Shown: positions 1 through 11,149 of the stretch, piece after piece
How the letters are laid out: each line of letters starts with the position of its first letter
How positions within the stretch are numbered: the stretch's first letter is position 1
Source of the DNA: Azolla caroliniana
Taxonomy: Eukaryota; Plantae; Polypodiophyta
DNA length: 64,000 nucleotides
Direction of reading: 5' to 3'
NCBI GenBank assembly: GCA_043228905.1
Contig: JBHGNT010000001.1
Coordinates: forward strand, 30,132,001 to 30,196,000
Made by a program: the position numbers and the translations under genes
Notes under the pieces: model-generated
Seen by the model: the letters and a program-made list of their open reading frames with translations, nothing else
Databases searched by the model: none
Told to the model about the DNA's origin: nothing

Positions 1-365
1 TCTCTATGCAATATTTTGACGCAATGAAGCGTGAAGGATTAAAACCAGACAATGCAACCTTCACCAATATTCTAGCTGCTTGCTGTCAAGAAGGAATGGT
101 GGAAAAAGGTCTTGAGTTTTTCATATCAATGATTAATGAACATAAGATTGCTCCTGACTTTCGGCATTTTCATGCCTTAGCTGATCTTCTTGTTCGTTCA
201 GGCTTGTTTGAGGAGGCACGTGATTTGTTGGGTAGTATGCCAGAGTCTAGAAATATCATTGGATGGACTTCACTACTCAGTGGGTGCAAAAGATATGGCA
301 ATGCTGAGGTGGGACATAAATGCTTTGGTGCTATTGCTGATTTGGTGTCGAAAAGTGCATTCTAG
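1..365 (+). CDS. 3' end of a PLS-class pentatricopeptide repeat (PPR) gene entering the E domain; 5'-truncated by the window and possibly a pseudogene
   Basis: ORF 6..365 reads MKREGLKPDNATFTNILAACCQEGMVEKG...DLLVRSGLFEEA...MP...IGWTSLLSGCKRYGNAEVG, typical L2/S2/E1 motifs. It stops at 'SAF*VLNI', where E-domain sequence would normally continue. Confidence 0.8.
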   Translation, partial: SMQYFDAMKREGLKPDNATFTNILAACCQEGMVEKGLEFFISMINEHKIAPDFRHFHALADLLVRSGLFEEARDLLGSMPESRNIIGWTSLLSGCKRYGNAEVGHKCFGAIADLVSKSAF

Positions 366-1858
366 GTGTTAAATATAACAAATGATACATGGAAAACACA
401 ATTAAACTTTTCAAGGATGAGAAAAACTAAAGAAATGCTTGGATTTCTTCCCATGGCACGTCAGACATAGTAACATCAGAACAAACTGACGAAGACAAGA
501 AAGAAACCTTTGTTATGAAAATATAAGGCATGTTGTGCTATGCCTGAATTCAGTGATAGGCTTAAAACATTGTTTAACAAGATGAACTGTACCATGCAAT
601 TGAAACAAGATTTAAATCAGGAAGTGAAGTAGCACGTAGCTGTGAAGATTGATTTAAGGTTTGACATGTATTTTACATTGGCCCTCAAAAGTTGATGTCC
701 TTAACATTGGAGGACCAACAGTTTTTATTCAAATAAGTAATGCAAATGACTAATTTGGATTGCTCTAACAGTTGTATATGACAGCTGATTGATAGTTAGG
801 TTGCTATAGGGTTTGAAGCTGATATGGCACATTTTTGCAAACATATTCACTACATAAATTTTAACACCAATCAACTCCACTGCTGAAAAAAACAATGCTC
901 ATTTTTGCAACCTACTTCTTTGTTTAGGATCTGACAAATGCCTTCTTTTAACACCCATTGTGAATTGATTTGTAATGTATATGAGCTGTTCGAAAGCCAA
1001 AACTTATTTTAAGCATAAAACTAAAGCATCAACAAGTACGAATCCAAAATCAACCAAAATTTTTCACCTATGCTTTGCAAAGCATGCAAGAGTCACACAA
1101 ACTTGCTGTCATTCTCTGTTTAGTGCCCTTTGAGGATCATGTTCTAATGTGTGCATCTCATGTTTTAGCTCATGGTCCATGGCAAATACAATAGGCGATA
1201 GCGAGTGCTAACTTTCCATTAAAGGCTGAAAAGTAGTATTTCGGGAATTCTTTGATGGATTGTCAGAGTTTCATTACAGCATATGAATTAATGGGAAAAT
1301 CATGCAAAAAATTCGAATTTTTTAGATATAATTGTCAGTTTTTTTTTTTTTTTGCTCTCTTTTAGACTAACATTGCCCAAAGTGTAGTTAGTGAGTTGCT
1401 TCCTCGAGATGAGATATGATAATGTTTCCACGAGGAGTTCTTTAAACCTTTAAGGAGACAGGGAGGGAAGCTCCCGTTTCTTTTTTGTCTTTTCCCTAAA
1501 AAATATAATTTTATTTATTTATCTTGAGTGGGGTTTAGTGTGGAATGGAGAATGGCTTGTTTTCTCGTGGCGCTCATGCTCCTCTGTTCTTGAGCGCGAT
1601 GATTTCTTCTCTGTTTCTCTGATTAACAGCCTGTAGAAGAAGAAGAAGAAGAAGAAGAACACCATGCTCATGTGTCAGAGTTTTCTTCCTGCGCAAAACT
1701 AGGATTTTCTTGAGAAAGAGGATTGCTTTTTTGTGATGTCTTATTGACACCTTGGACCGAACCTTCGTGTTCTTTTTCTTTTTCTTGTTCAAAAGTAAGA
1801 ACAACAATCCCTCCACTGTAATTTATTTTTAAGGCGTTCTGTGCAGAATTAGGGTTTC

Positions 1859-1861
<3 letters not shown>

Positions 1862-1947
<86 letters not shown>
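1862..1947. repeat. (GA)~43 microsatellite ending about 15 nt upstream of the TPR gene ATG
   Basis: Perfect GA run seen directly. Confidence 0.97.
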
Positions 1948-1949
<2 letters not shown>

Positions 1950-1961
1950 TTTTCTTTCATA

Positions 1962-4562
1962 ATGTCATTTGGACACATTGGACCTAACCCTCGCGTTCAG
2001 AAAGTCTCAAAGATCTTCTCGAAGTTTGACATCGATGGCGATGGACATCTTAACAAAGATGAAATGTCTGCGCTTGTGCTAGCTGTAAATCCTAAGGTTA
2101 GCTTCAGTGAAGATCAAATGGAAGCTATCCTCGGAGAAGTCTTCCGGAACTACACTGATTACATCAATGGTGAACATGGTCTTACTTTTGATGGCTTGCT
2201 TCAGACTTATGATGATGGGGCTGGTGATATTGATAGAGATTTCAATGAATTAGGTTTAGGGTTGGATGAAGAAAGCCCTAACTCTAACTTTAAACATAAA
2301 TCTAACCCTACATTTAACCTTGTCCCTGTCTCTAATCCTGATTCTAACACTAATAATACAGGAGAGGATAAGACCTTCATTGAAAATAATATATCTACCC
2401 GACCCAGGAGAAAGTGGGTGGTAAGCTCGTCGGCAGCCATGAGATTTTCAGACATTGGCATGCATTTTGATGATAGTTGGAGAAACTTGATAGATGAGCT
2501 GGGTTTACTTATACGGAATCTTGAAGGGAAGAGATGTGGAGGAGAAAGTGATGATGTTATCGATAGTGAATATAATGATCTTTGTCAACGGCAAATTGGT
2601 TCTTTTGATTATAGCTCTCAGACACCAAGAGAAGGTCCCAGTCCTTCGAAAACAGCCTCTCGAAGAAACTCAAATAATGTGGTCATGCATGGTGATAATG
2701 ATTCTTTCCGACGCCAAATGGGTTCATTTGATAGCCTTCGGAGACCCTCTCGGGAAATTGTTGGCCAGGATTCTGTTTCCTTTCATAAAGGGCTATCTGA
2801 AGTTAGGAAGAAAATAGATGCATTAGAAATGCATGAGGATGCTTTTGATGCTCACATGGCAAGTGGCCGGGTTTTATTTGATCATTGTTTCTATAAAGAA
2901 GCTCTGGTGAGCTTCACAAGAGGGAAAGAGCTAAAACCGGCCGATGTAAGACCATATTTCCTATTGGGAAACACATTTTATGCGCTGGGTAATGTTCAGG
3001 AGGCAAAAGAAGCTTACAATTTAGCATTGAATGCAAGTGAAGATGATTCAAATAAATGGGCTGGGATTCTTCCACAAATCCATGTGAATTTAGGCATTGC
3101 AATGGAGGCTGAAGGCCTGCTTTTCGGTGCCAGTAAGCATTACAAAGAGGCTATCTTAAAGGAGCCAAAACATTTTCGGGCATTAAAGCTCCTTGGAAGT
3201 TCTATGTATGGAGTTGGAGAATACAATACTGCGAAAGATTCCCTTCTAGAGGCTATTTCTTTGCATCCAGAATATGCTGATGCTCACTGTGAACTCGGAT
3301 CAGTATGGCATGCTTTAGGAGACCATGATGAGGCTATTGTGGAGTTTGAAAAAGCTCTTGAGCTCAAAATGGACCATGTGGAGGCTCTATATAACCTTGG
3401 AACTTTATATAAAGACATTGGGCGATACCGAGAAGCAGTGAGCACCTATTCCAAAGTACTTTCCTTGCAACCTGGAAACTGGCGAGCGCAGCTGAACAGA
3501 GCAGTTTCTTTGCTCGGAGTTGGGGAAATTGATGAATCAAAGAGAGCTTTTAAAGAAGCTTATAAGATGACGGGGAGATTGGAGCTTTACAATGCGATGG
3601 TGCATCTTCAACACATGGAGAAGAGCTTTTTCCGGGATGCAAAAAAATCTGGGGGGCATAGTTTTGTCGGCGTCGGAGACAACTTCATCATTGTCGATCC
3701 TTCACATTTCCGAAGGGCGAACGTTCGGACAGCACCCCGCCATTGGATCGCCTCAGCATTAGAGATTCGGCAATTCCAATGTTGTACTAGACTTGATCAA
3801 TGTGATGTAACCAGTGCAAAAAAGGAGCTTAATGCCATATCTGAGAGACTTATTGGAAAGGAGGCGTTGGAGAAGATTCTATGGCGCCTTCTTCATTTTC
3901 TAAAGCCTGAGGCATTTCAAGGAGCAATGAAGGTGATCAATGAGAAGGTTCTTTTGAGGTTGGACCTCAATGGTTCGGGGAAACTAGAGTTAGGGCTTGT
4001 TTTTGCCATTCTTGCTCTTGTTTGTGGGGGTTCCATGGATCGAAGGAAAAATCTGGCATTCAATGCCTTAGTTTTCCATGATGGGCTAAATTCACGTCAA
4101 GAAATCTCAAAGAGAAGAGCTGGAATGTATATTCAAAAGTTGCGAACAATATATCTACCCTCAGAGAAGGCCCGAGATGAAAATAGTGGTACTAGAATTG
4201 ATGATGAAGGCAATAGTACAACTGACATTAGTGTTGCATTTCCTGAATTTGTGGAAATGCTTGATGATCCTGATAGGGGGTTTGGGGTCTTAAGCATATT
4301 GGAAAAGCTCGAGGCTGGAAGCCATTCTCAGCATCAATGGCATTCTTGTTCTGTATGTTGTTATCGTATCGATGGACCTCGCTTCAAAGAGACCACGCTT
4401 GGTTTTAGCCTTTGTGCATTGTGTTACAGTAGTGGTAAAGTGCCTTCTGGTGCAAAGCATAAACAATTTTATTATTTCAAGGAATACAATAGTGAGCTCG
4501 AGGCTTTTGTTGATAAATTTCAGGTCTTTCGATCGCCCTTTGGATCTTGTTCTGAACTGTAA
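1962..4562 (+). CDS. Intronless EF-hand + TPR repeat + C-terminal ZZ-like zinc-finger protein (At1g05150/At2g32450-like), ~866 aa
   Basis: First ATG at 1962 (MSFGHIG). EF-hand DIDGDGHLNKDE, family motif YDDGAGDIDRDF, TPRs (LPQIHVNLGIAMEAEG, FRALKLLGSSMYGVGEY, YADAHCELG, EALYNLGTLY, WRAQLNRAVSLLG), and CSVC...GPRFKE...SLCALCYS.GKVP. Confidence 0.93.
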   Translation: MSFGHIGPNPRVQKVSKIFSKFDIDGDGHLNKDEMSALVLAVNPKVSFSEDQMEAILGEVFRNYTDYINGEHGLTFDGLLQTYDDGAGDIDRDFNELGLGLDEESPNSNFKHKSNPTFNLVPVSNPDSNTNNTGEDKTFIENNISTRPRRKWVVSSSAAMRFSDIGMHFDDSWRNLIDELGLLIRNLEGKRCGGESDDVIDSEYNDLCQRQIGSFDYSSQTPREGPSPSKTASRRNSNNVVMHGDNDSFRRQMGSFDSLRRPSREIVGQDSVSFHKGLSEVRKKIDALEMHEDAFDAHMASGRVLFDHCFYKEALVSFTRGKELKPADVRPYFLLGNTFYALGNVQEAKEAYNLALNASEDDSNKWAGILPQIHVNLGIAMEAEGLLFGASKHYKEAILKEPKHFRALKLLGSSMYGVGEYNTAKDSLLEAISLHPEYADAHCELGSVWHALGDHDEAIVEFEKALELKMDHVEALYNLGTLYKDIGRYREAVSTYSKVLSLQPGNWRAQLNRAVSLLGVGEIDESKRAFKEAYKMTGRLELYNAMVHLQHMEKSFFRDAKKSGGHSFVGVGDNFIIVDPSHFRRANVRTAPRHWIASALEIRQFQCCTRLDQCDVTSAKKELNAISERLIGKEALEKILWRLLHFLKPEAFQGAMKVINEKVLLRLDLNGSGKLELGLVFAILALVCGGSMDRRKNLAFNALVFHDGLNSRQEISKRRAGMYIQKLRTIYLPSEKARDENSGTRIDDEGNSTTDISVAFPEFVEMLDDPDRGFGVLSILEKLEAGSHSQHQWHSCSVCCYRIDGPRFKETTLGFSLCALCYSSGKVPSGAKHKQFYYFKEYNSELEAFVDKFQVFRSPFGSCSEL

Positions 4563-5913
4563 AAAACATTTCTTTAAAATCACAAAATTTATTATCTTTT
4601 TTAAAGCTTTAGAATCTAGTTTTTTAAAAGTAGAGAGTGGTATTCTTCAATTAAGGTCGATATGTAAATGTTGATTAAGGCCACATGTTCATACGCGAGA
4701 AACAAGCAAGTTTATTAAGGTTGTTCCCTTTCGTCAATTTATTTGGAATGTCATGTAAACATATAATAAAAATGCTGCCAATGATGTATCAATACTGAGT
4801 TGATAGTAGAGGCTCAAAATGGAAGCATTTGCATATGTGAATCATGTGGTTAATAAACCAATTATGCCATGTGTTATGGATACACAACGTTTGAATTACC
4901 TCATTGAATGAGCTTTGAGTTTGTAAACAAGAAACTGTGTAAAACATAGTGTAGATGCATTGTCCCTAGGCTGTGTGTTATGAATCAAGCATTGAGTCTA
5001 TAGACAATAATTTTTGTGCAAAGCACAATGCAGTATGTCACCCATTCTTTGTATTTCAAGTGATAAAAATCAGGCTTTCAAAATACATAAGAGAGAGATA
5101 GGAGTTATCGATGGTCAACTAACATTACCATGAGCCATAAATGTTTTATGATTAGCATAAAAAAAACACAACTTCTCAATCCTCTTGAGACATAGGCTTT
5201 TCAGTAACCTTGGTAAACAAGAGGTCTCCTCACAATTTTGGTGAAAAAGGTTGAGTAGCCCATTTGTATAACACATGAATAATGGTGGAATCCAATGCAT
5301 AAAGTTCACCAAATTATCTTCAAGCTTTTTCTGTACAATCAACAAACACAAAAGGTGATCGCAGCCTTACAAATAACAATTATTTGACAAAACAAACGGC
5401 AAAGAAAATCCACAAAATAATTAGCGATGGTTTATTATCCCCAATATATATGCTCACAATAAAATACTTCCTCCCTTGTTACTAATGACAAACAATGGCA
5501 CATCTTGCTTGTTTAAATGTGTGTCTTGAATCTTATACGGAAACCGGCTCTAGGCCATCTTGCAACTAAACCATGGATAAATATGATAGAAGTTAAGTGC
5601 GCGCGAGGAAGAACCAAGGTTGTGGGCCATTGCATCATTAGAGACAAATAGATCTTCATTGACATTTCACTTGGTAACCTTTACACTCACGCGGACATGT
5701 ATATATCTTCTTCTCGTAATCATATCATGTAGACAAATGAAGAGATGTTTGCTTTGCTTGCACACAGCGGAACATGGTCTTCGAAAAATGAAGGGGGAGC
5801 TAAATCTGTAATTTGCGAGAACTAGAGTCATAACGTTGGAAAGATATTTCTTTCTTCCTTCTTCCTTCTTCTTCTTTGCGAAAGGATAGAGAGCCAGCGA
5901 AACAGGAGCAGTG

Positions 5914-8900
5914 ATGGCGATGCTCCACATCTCAGCTCCCAGGGGAGCTTCTTCTTCTTCTTCTTCATCATCATCACCTTCATCATCATTTTCTTCTCCT
6001 TTGTTTAGCTCAAAGAATACGACATCCTGTCTGCAGAACCCATGGAAATCGTCAGGTTGCGAAAAACAAAAACTAATTTTCTTTCCAAACTGTTTATATA
6101 TTACATATTAGTTATTCCAGAATATAAATGAATTCTTTTCAGGTATCGGGTCAATGCAAAAACAAGGAATTTCTCGCTGTTTCTTCGACAAAGTCCAACA
6201 GTCTCTCTCAGTAAGGTGCTGTAGATTACAAGTGTCTTTTCTTTAACTAATTAGAACTGTGTTGAATTTGCACCCAAACTATTTAAAGTTTGATATGTTT
6301 TAGAACAAATGTTTACCTTTTGTTATTATATCCTGTACAGATTGGTGTCGAATTTGTATGTGTATTATTAAAAAAAAAACCTTTGAATATTTATTTTTGG
6401 TGAGGCAGATACTTCTGAATTTGAGATATTTATAGTATTTATTAATAAGAGATATAGGTAAAGCCAATTCTTTTCACATTTTTTCATGGACCTGTGTGTA
6501 TTAAGTTTGTGGTTGCATTATTCGAAAATCATTTTCAAATTTCGGAATGGAAGATACCAAACTACCTCCAACTGACGAGTTGTGTTGAGATAAAATCTCA
6601 AAAATGTTTCAAGTATTTAAATAAATAATTTCAACAAATTTAGATAAAAATGATTTATTATTTATGGTAAGATAAGTTTTTGTTCCCATATTTTTATAGA
6701 GTTATTTGTGGATTTTGTAGTTGCATTGTCAGGAAAATTACTGTTAAAATTTGAGATTGAAGATCTAAATGCCTCTAAAATATGACATGTTTTAGATAAG
6801 GGTTTTTTGACCATTTTAGGAAAAGGTTTTATGACCATCACCATTGTAATTAAATATTGGAACAACGTTTTCGTAAAAGTGTTTTCTTTTCTATACATCT
6901 GCTGGATTTCTGGTATCTGGTTTAGTAACCAGTCATGAAAGTTAAATTGTTTCGATCATTTTTTCGGCAGCTTTGTATGTTGAAACTCCTAAACCCTAAA
7001 CCCTAAACCGGTCTTTGATTTTTTTGTCAGTCATGGAAAGTCAAGAGGATCGCGAGCTCAGGTAACAATGATGCCTATAGGCACTCCAAAAGTTCCTTAT
7101 AGAACCCCAGGAGAGGGAGGATGGCAATGGATTGACATTTGGAATGTGCTTGTAAGTGCTTTATTCAGTGTTTGCCTTCAGTGTTAACAGTATTGGGGGA
7201 AAATGTTTCCTTGTCTGCTGAATTTTTGTTTCATGCATGAATTATCAGGAAATTCTTTGAAAAATGGCAGTAATTATGAGGTCTTTAGTAGAAAACTTAA
7301 ATATTTTTCTTGAATTTTGTTTACTTGGCTAATGGTTATTGCTGTCATTGTAATGACCTTCTTCCCAAACAACCGAAATTGGTTTATGCATGGAGATCTA
7401 GGTTGTCTTTAGAGTAAACTTCCTTTTTGCTGATGAGGTGGTACAGATTCCGTTTTGATCACTGTAGCTCACTTGATTGTTGGCTGCTTTGCTTGAAGCC
7501 TATCAGCAATACGATTGACCATAGAGTGCAACCTTCATTGAGACCGCTAGCACTTTGTACTTACCATTATTTTGTGTGCGTTAAAATTATTCCTGAATCT
7601 TCAGCCTATTGTCTCTCTTCCTTGGTACAAAGCTGGGTATCATATGCAATGGCATAGCTGAACGTACACTTAGATATCATTCAGGCAGGACCTACATGCT
7701 CAGAGGTGGAGTTTTTCATGATGGTAATTGCCTGCTAAAATGCTTCTTCCTTGCCATCCATCACTGTTAACTTAGAGGACAAAAAGTATGCTTGTGTTGA
7801 AACAATCAGTTACCATGATAAATATATTAAGAGAGCTATTTACTCAAAAGAAAAGTGCTGATAGTGGGATGAGTGACAAGAGTGAAGATGTGTTTCACTT
7901 TTGTATTAGCCTCAGCAGTACATTTACTGTGTTTCAACTACGTTGCACCACTTACAGTATTTCAACATAGATGTCACGCTAACAATACCTTCTACCTTAG
8001 CTGAAATAGCTCAGAGTCTTTGTTTTATTTGTGAAACAGTTTCAGCTACCATTACATGAATAGCCAGACCTCCATTATGCCAGTGTTGTAATGATAAAAT
8101 TTACAAATGTGGATCATGCTTACCCTTTAACCTTACCAAAGATACATTCATCTCTTTTGAATGTAAAAACCTCCCACTTTCTGTAGTTTCTTTTGGATTC
8201 TCTTCTGTGTTGTTGTGATATGTCCCGTCTGATTCAGTGTTGAATTTAAGGCGATTTGTGATCTATACAGACTAGCCATTTGGACATTGTACTATGTAGT
8301 ATGTACTGTGAACTATCTGTAGGCTTGTGAACTCTGTATATTCTTGTGGGTTCTAGCTTGCGTTATTCAAACAGCGTGAAATGTCGAGGCCATCCACTAC
8401 TCTGCATCGGCTGGGATTCGAATAGGGAAAGAAACACAGAGCCAGGAGGAAAATGAGGCTGAATTCTGGTCATCGATTCTCGGGCAGTGTTACGAAGGGG
8501 AAGCTTTGAAAATGAGAAGCAGATGACGCCATAACGATGGTTCAAGAAGCGACCAGATGGAAAGCTCTGGTGGAAGAAAGGACGGGCTTGGTAGAAGCTG
8601 CCTGCCAGAACTATGAAGTATTGGTTGAAGAAAAAAGCGTAGGAAAAGACGGGAGAGTTGTCCATAATAAAGAACTCTTCATTTTGGAAAGACCTAGTGT
8701 AACATGAATTACAGTTTGGAAAATTTGAAGTAAATAACTTGCATCAATTAAGTAAGTGATACTATCTTTGAGGCTCTACTATGCTGAGGTATAGGATATG
8801 GATTGATTTCCTTTGTATACAATTATGATGCACCTCAGTTGAAGAACCCAACATGCACGTCTACTACGTGTCAAGTATACAGACCAATTTCCTTTTTACA

Positions 8901-10393
8901 CAGTTATGATGCAGCTCAGTTCTTATTAGATTTCACACAATGAGAACCAGGCTTAACTCTGATTAGAGATCCACTGAGTATGCCAGAAACACCCAACATG
9001 TGAGAAGGATGCGTAAGGATGTTCTGCTGGCACACCTCAGTTGAAACCAAATGTAAAGTAGGAAATGAAAGCAAACAACTTTAGACTTGTTATGTGTAAC
9101 TATTGTGTTGTACTGCTTGAATGCGACAGCAACTTTGGAAACTCTTGCTCATCTAATTATGCTTTTTTGTTGCAGTACAGGGAAAGAATAATTTTTATAG
9201 GGCAGTACATAGATGAGGAGTTTGGCAATCAAATATTAGCCACTATGCTTTATTTGGATAGCATTGACTCAAACAAGAATATGTACATGTATCTGAATTC
9301 TCCAGGTGGAGATGTGAGTCAGCTATCCTTCAGAGTATTATTTATGACTACTTGGTTGTATTTTTTAATAACTAATCAATTTGTTGTACTTGATATTTCA
9401 TGCAGATCACCCCCTCCATGGCTTTATATGATACTATGGATAGCTTGAAGAGTCCTATGGGCACATTAGCTTTAGGATATGCTTATAATACAGCTGGATT
9501 TTTGCTTGCAGCTGGAACAAAGGTATACGAAAGGGGAGAACACTGAACTATGCACGAGTTTAAATTTGTTTCCCAAAATGCCCCCAAGTTGTTTCTCCAT
9601 GACCCCCTGGTCAACCCCTGAAAGAGAATAGAAAGGAATGAATTGATCACGGAACTGCTCAATAGCACATAATTACTCAAAAAGGGGTCGATGATGGCAT
9701 TTGGCGAAGACTTAGGGGCATTTGTCGTGGCAAAGCAAAAATGAAGTACATCCGAGGTTTTCCTAAAGTGTAATGCAAAAATGAAAAAGTAGCATGATAG
9801 TAAACTAATTATTCAATCCCTTTTTCTTCTTCAGGGATTACGAGTTGCAATGCCTTTAACAAGAATTGCTCTCATATCCCCTGCCGGAGCTGCACGTGGT
9901 CAGGTACATCGAGATAGTTAGCTTTTATAGTACCCTGAAAATAATACATTCAGATAGTTAGCTTTATAATACCCTGAAGTTTATAACCATGGCATTAGAC
10001 CAATTTTGCAGGCTGATGACATACAAAATGAAGCTAAAGAATTGTTGCGTGTTCGAAACTACCTTTTCAATCAATTATCAAGGAAGACTGGACAACCAGT
10101 TGAAAAGGTAAATAAAATAAAAGACTTTTATGGCACATTCAATGATTTGGAGAAATGCCAGAAGCATGGAAAAAAATTTAAAACATTGAAATGATTGATA
10201 ACATGCAAAAGATCGACTGTTAAAGACAGGATATTTTCAATGTCTATGGTTGCAGATTGCTCAAGATCTCAGTCGAATCAAGCGCTTTGGTGCTCAGGAA
10301 GCATTAGATTATGGTTTAATTGATCGGATTGTTAGGCCACGGAGAATCAAACCCGATGCACCCAAAAAAGAAAGCACTGTTGGGCTTGGTTAA
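5914..10393 (+). CDS. CLPR2: Plastid ATP-dependent Clp protease non-catalytic subunit ClpR2. Exons 5914-6055, 6143-6215, 7031-7151, 9176-9313, 9406-9522, 9835-9903, 10012-10107, 10256-10393
   Basis: GT-AG introns with consistent phases. Ser-rich transit peptide, then [28 protein letters not shown]|[29 protein letters not shown]...[14 protein letters not shown]...[13 protein letters not shown]|[12 protein letters not shown]...[21 protein letters not shown]. Catalytic Ser and His positions are replaced, as expected for ClpR. Confidence 0.93.
6988..7009. repeat. Short plant telomeric (CCCTAAA)~3 / telo-box cluster in ClpR2 intron 2
   Basis: cctaaaccctaaaccctaaacc, about 20 nt upstream of the exon 3 acceptor. 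Confidence 0.75.
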
Positions 10394-10840
10394 ATTTTTG
10401 TCCTTCAGCTTTAGCGTCTTCATGATTTCCTTTGCCTTCAATGCAATTGGATTGAAGATATTACATAATGCTCAAAAGAATGTATTAAGTGGTCTCATTA
10501 TTGAAAAATGAGTTTACGCCATTTCAATTCGTCATTATCGCAGTGATCTTTAATATGTAGTATGTAGACTTGATATTTGAGGATCTTAAATCTATTTCTA
10601 TCACACTATAATCAAAGAGCTATAGGCAAGTTCTTGACCATCTTTGAAGATAATGGAATATAAAGTTGTTGGCCATAAAGATCAAACTCATACAATAAGT
10701 TTCCATTTTAGATGTCTAGAGATTTAGCAATGAGCATTTTGAGCATTTAGGTAAAATATGGTTAAGTAAATCATTGATTGGATTCTATTTCTTATTTTCA
10801 TTTGTGCTAACACTCATAATCACACAAAACGAATTATGAA

Positions 10841-11149
10841 GTGATAACCTGATGCCAAATGGGTTCATTTGATAACCTTCAGAGACCCTCTCAAGAAATT
10901 ACTGGCCAAGATTGTGTTTCATTTAATAAAAGGCTATTTGAAGGTTGGGAGAAAATAGATGCATTAGAATTTGATGCTCACTTGGTAAATGCCTGGGTTT
11001 TGTTTGATCATTGTTTCTATAAAGAACCTTTGGTGAGCTTCACAAGAGGGAAAGAGCTAAAACCTGTACATGTAGGATCATATTTGCTCGTGGAAACACA
11101 TTTTATACCTTGGGTAATGGTCAGGATGCAAAAGAAGCTTACAAGTTAG
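10841..11149 (+). pseudogene. Degenerate partial copy of the TPR gene segment ~2692-3024
   Basis: Aligns by eye (MGSFDNLQRPSQEITGQDCVSF vs MGSFDSLRRPSREIVGQDSVSF). Has a ~15-nt deletion, a frameshift and many transitions. Confidence 0.92.

Noticed and set aside
1860-1961. Poly-(RE) N-terminus of the 900-aa ORF
   Set aside because: It comes from a TTG start read through a GA microsatellite. Family homology begins after the ATG at 1962.
9483-9530. Loss of the catalytic Ser/His in the Clp subunit as a novelty
   Set aside because: This is the established property of ClpR subunits.
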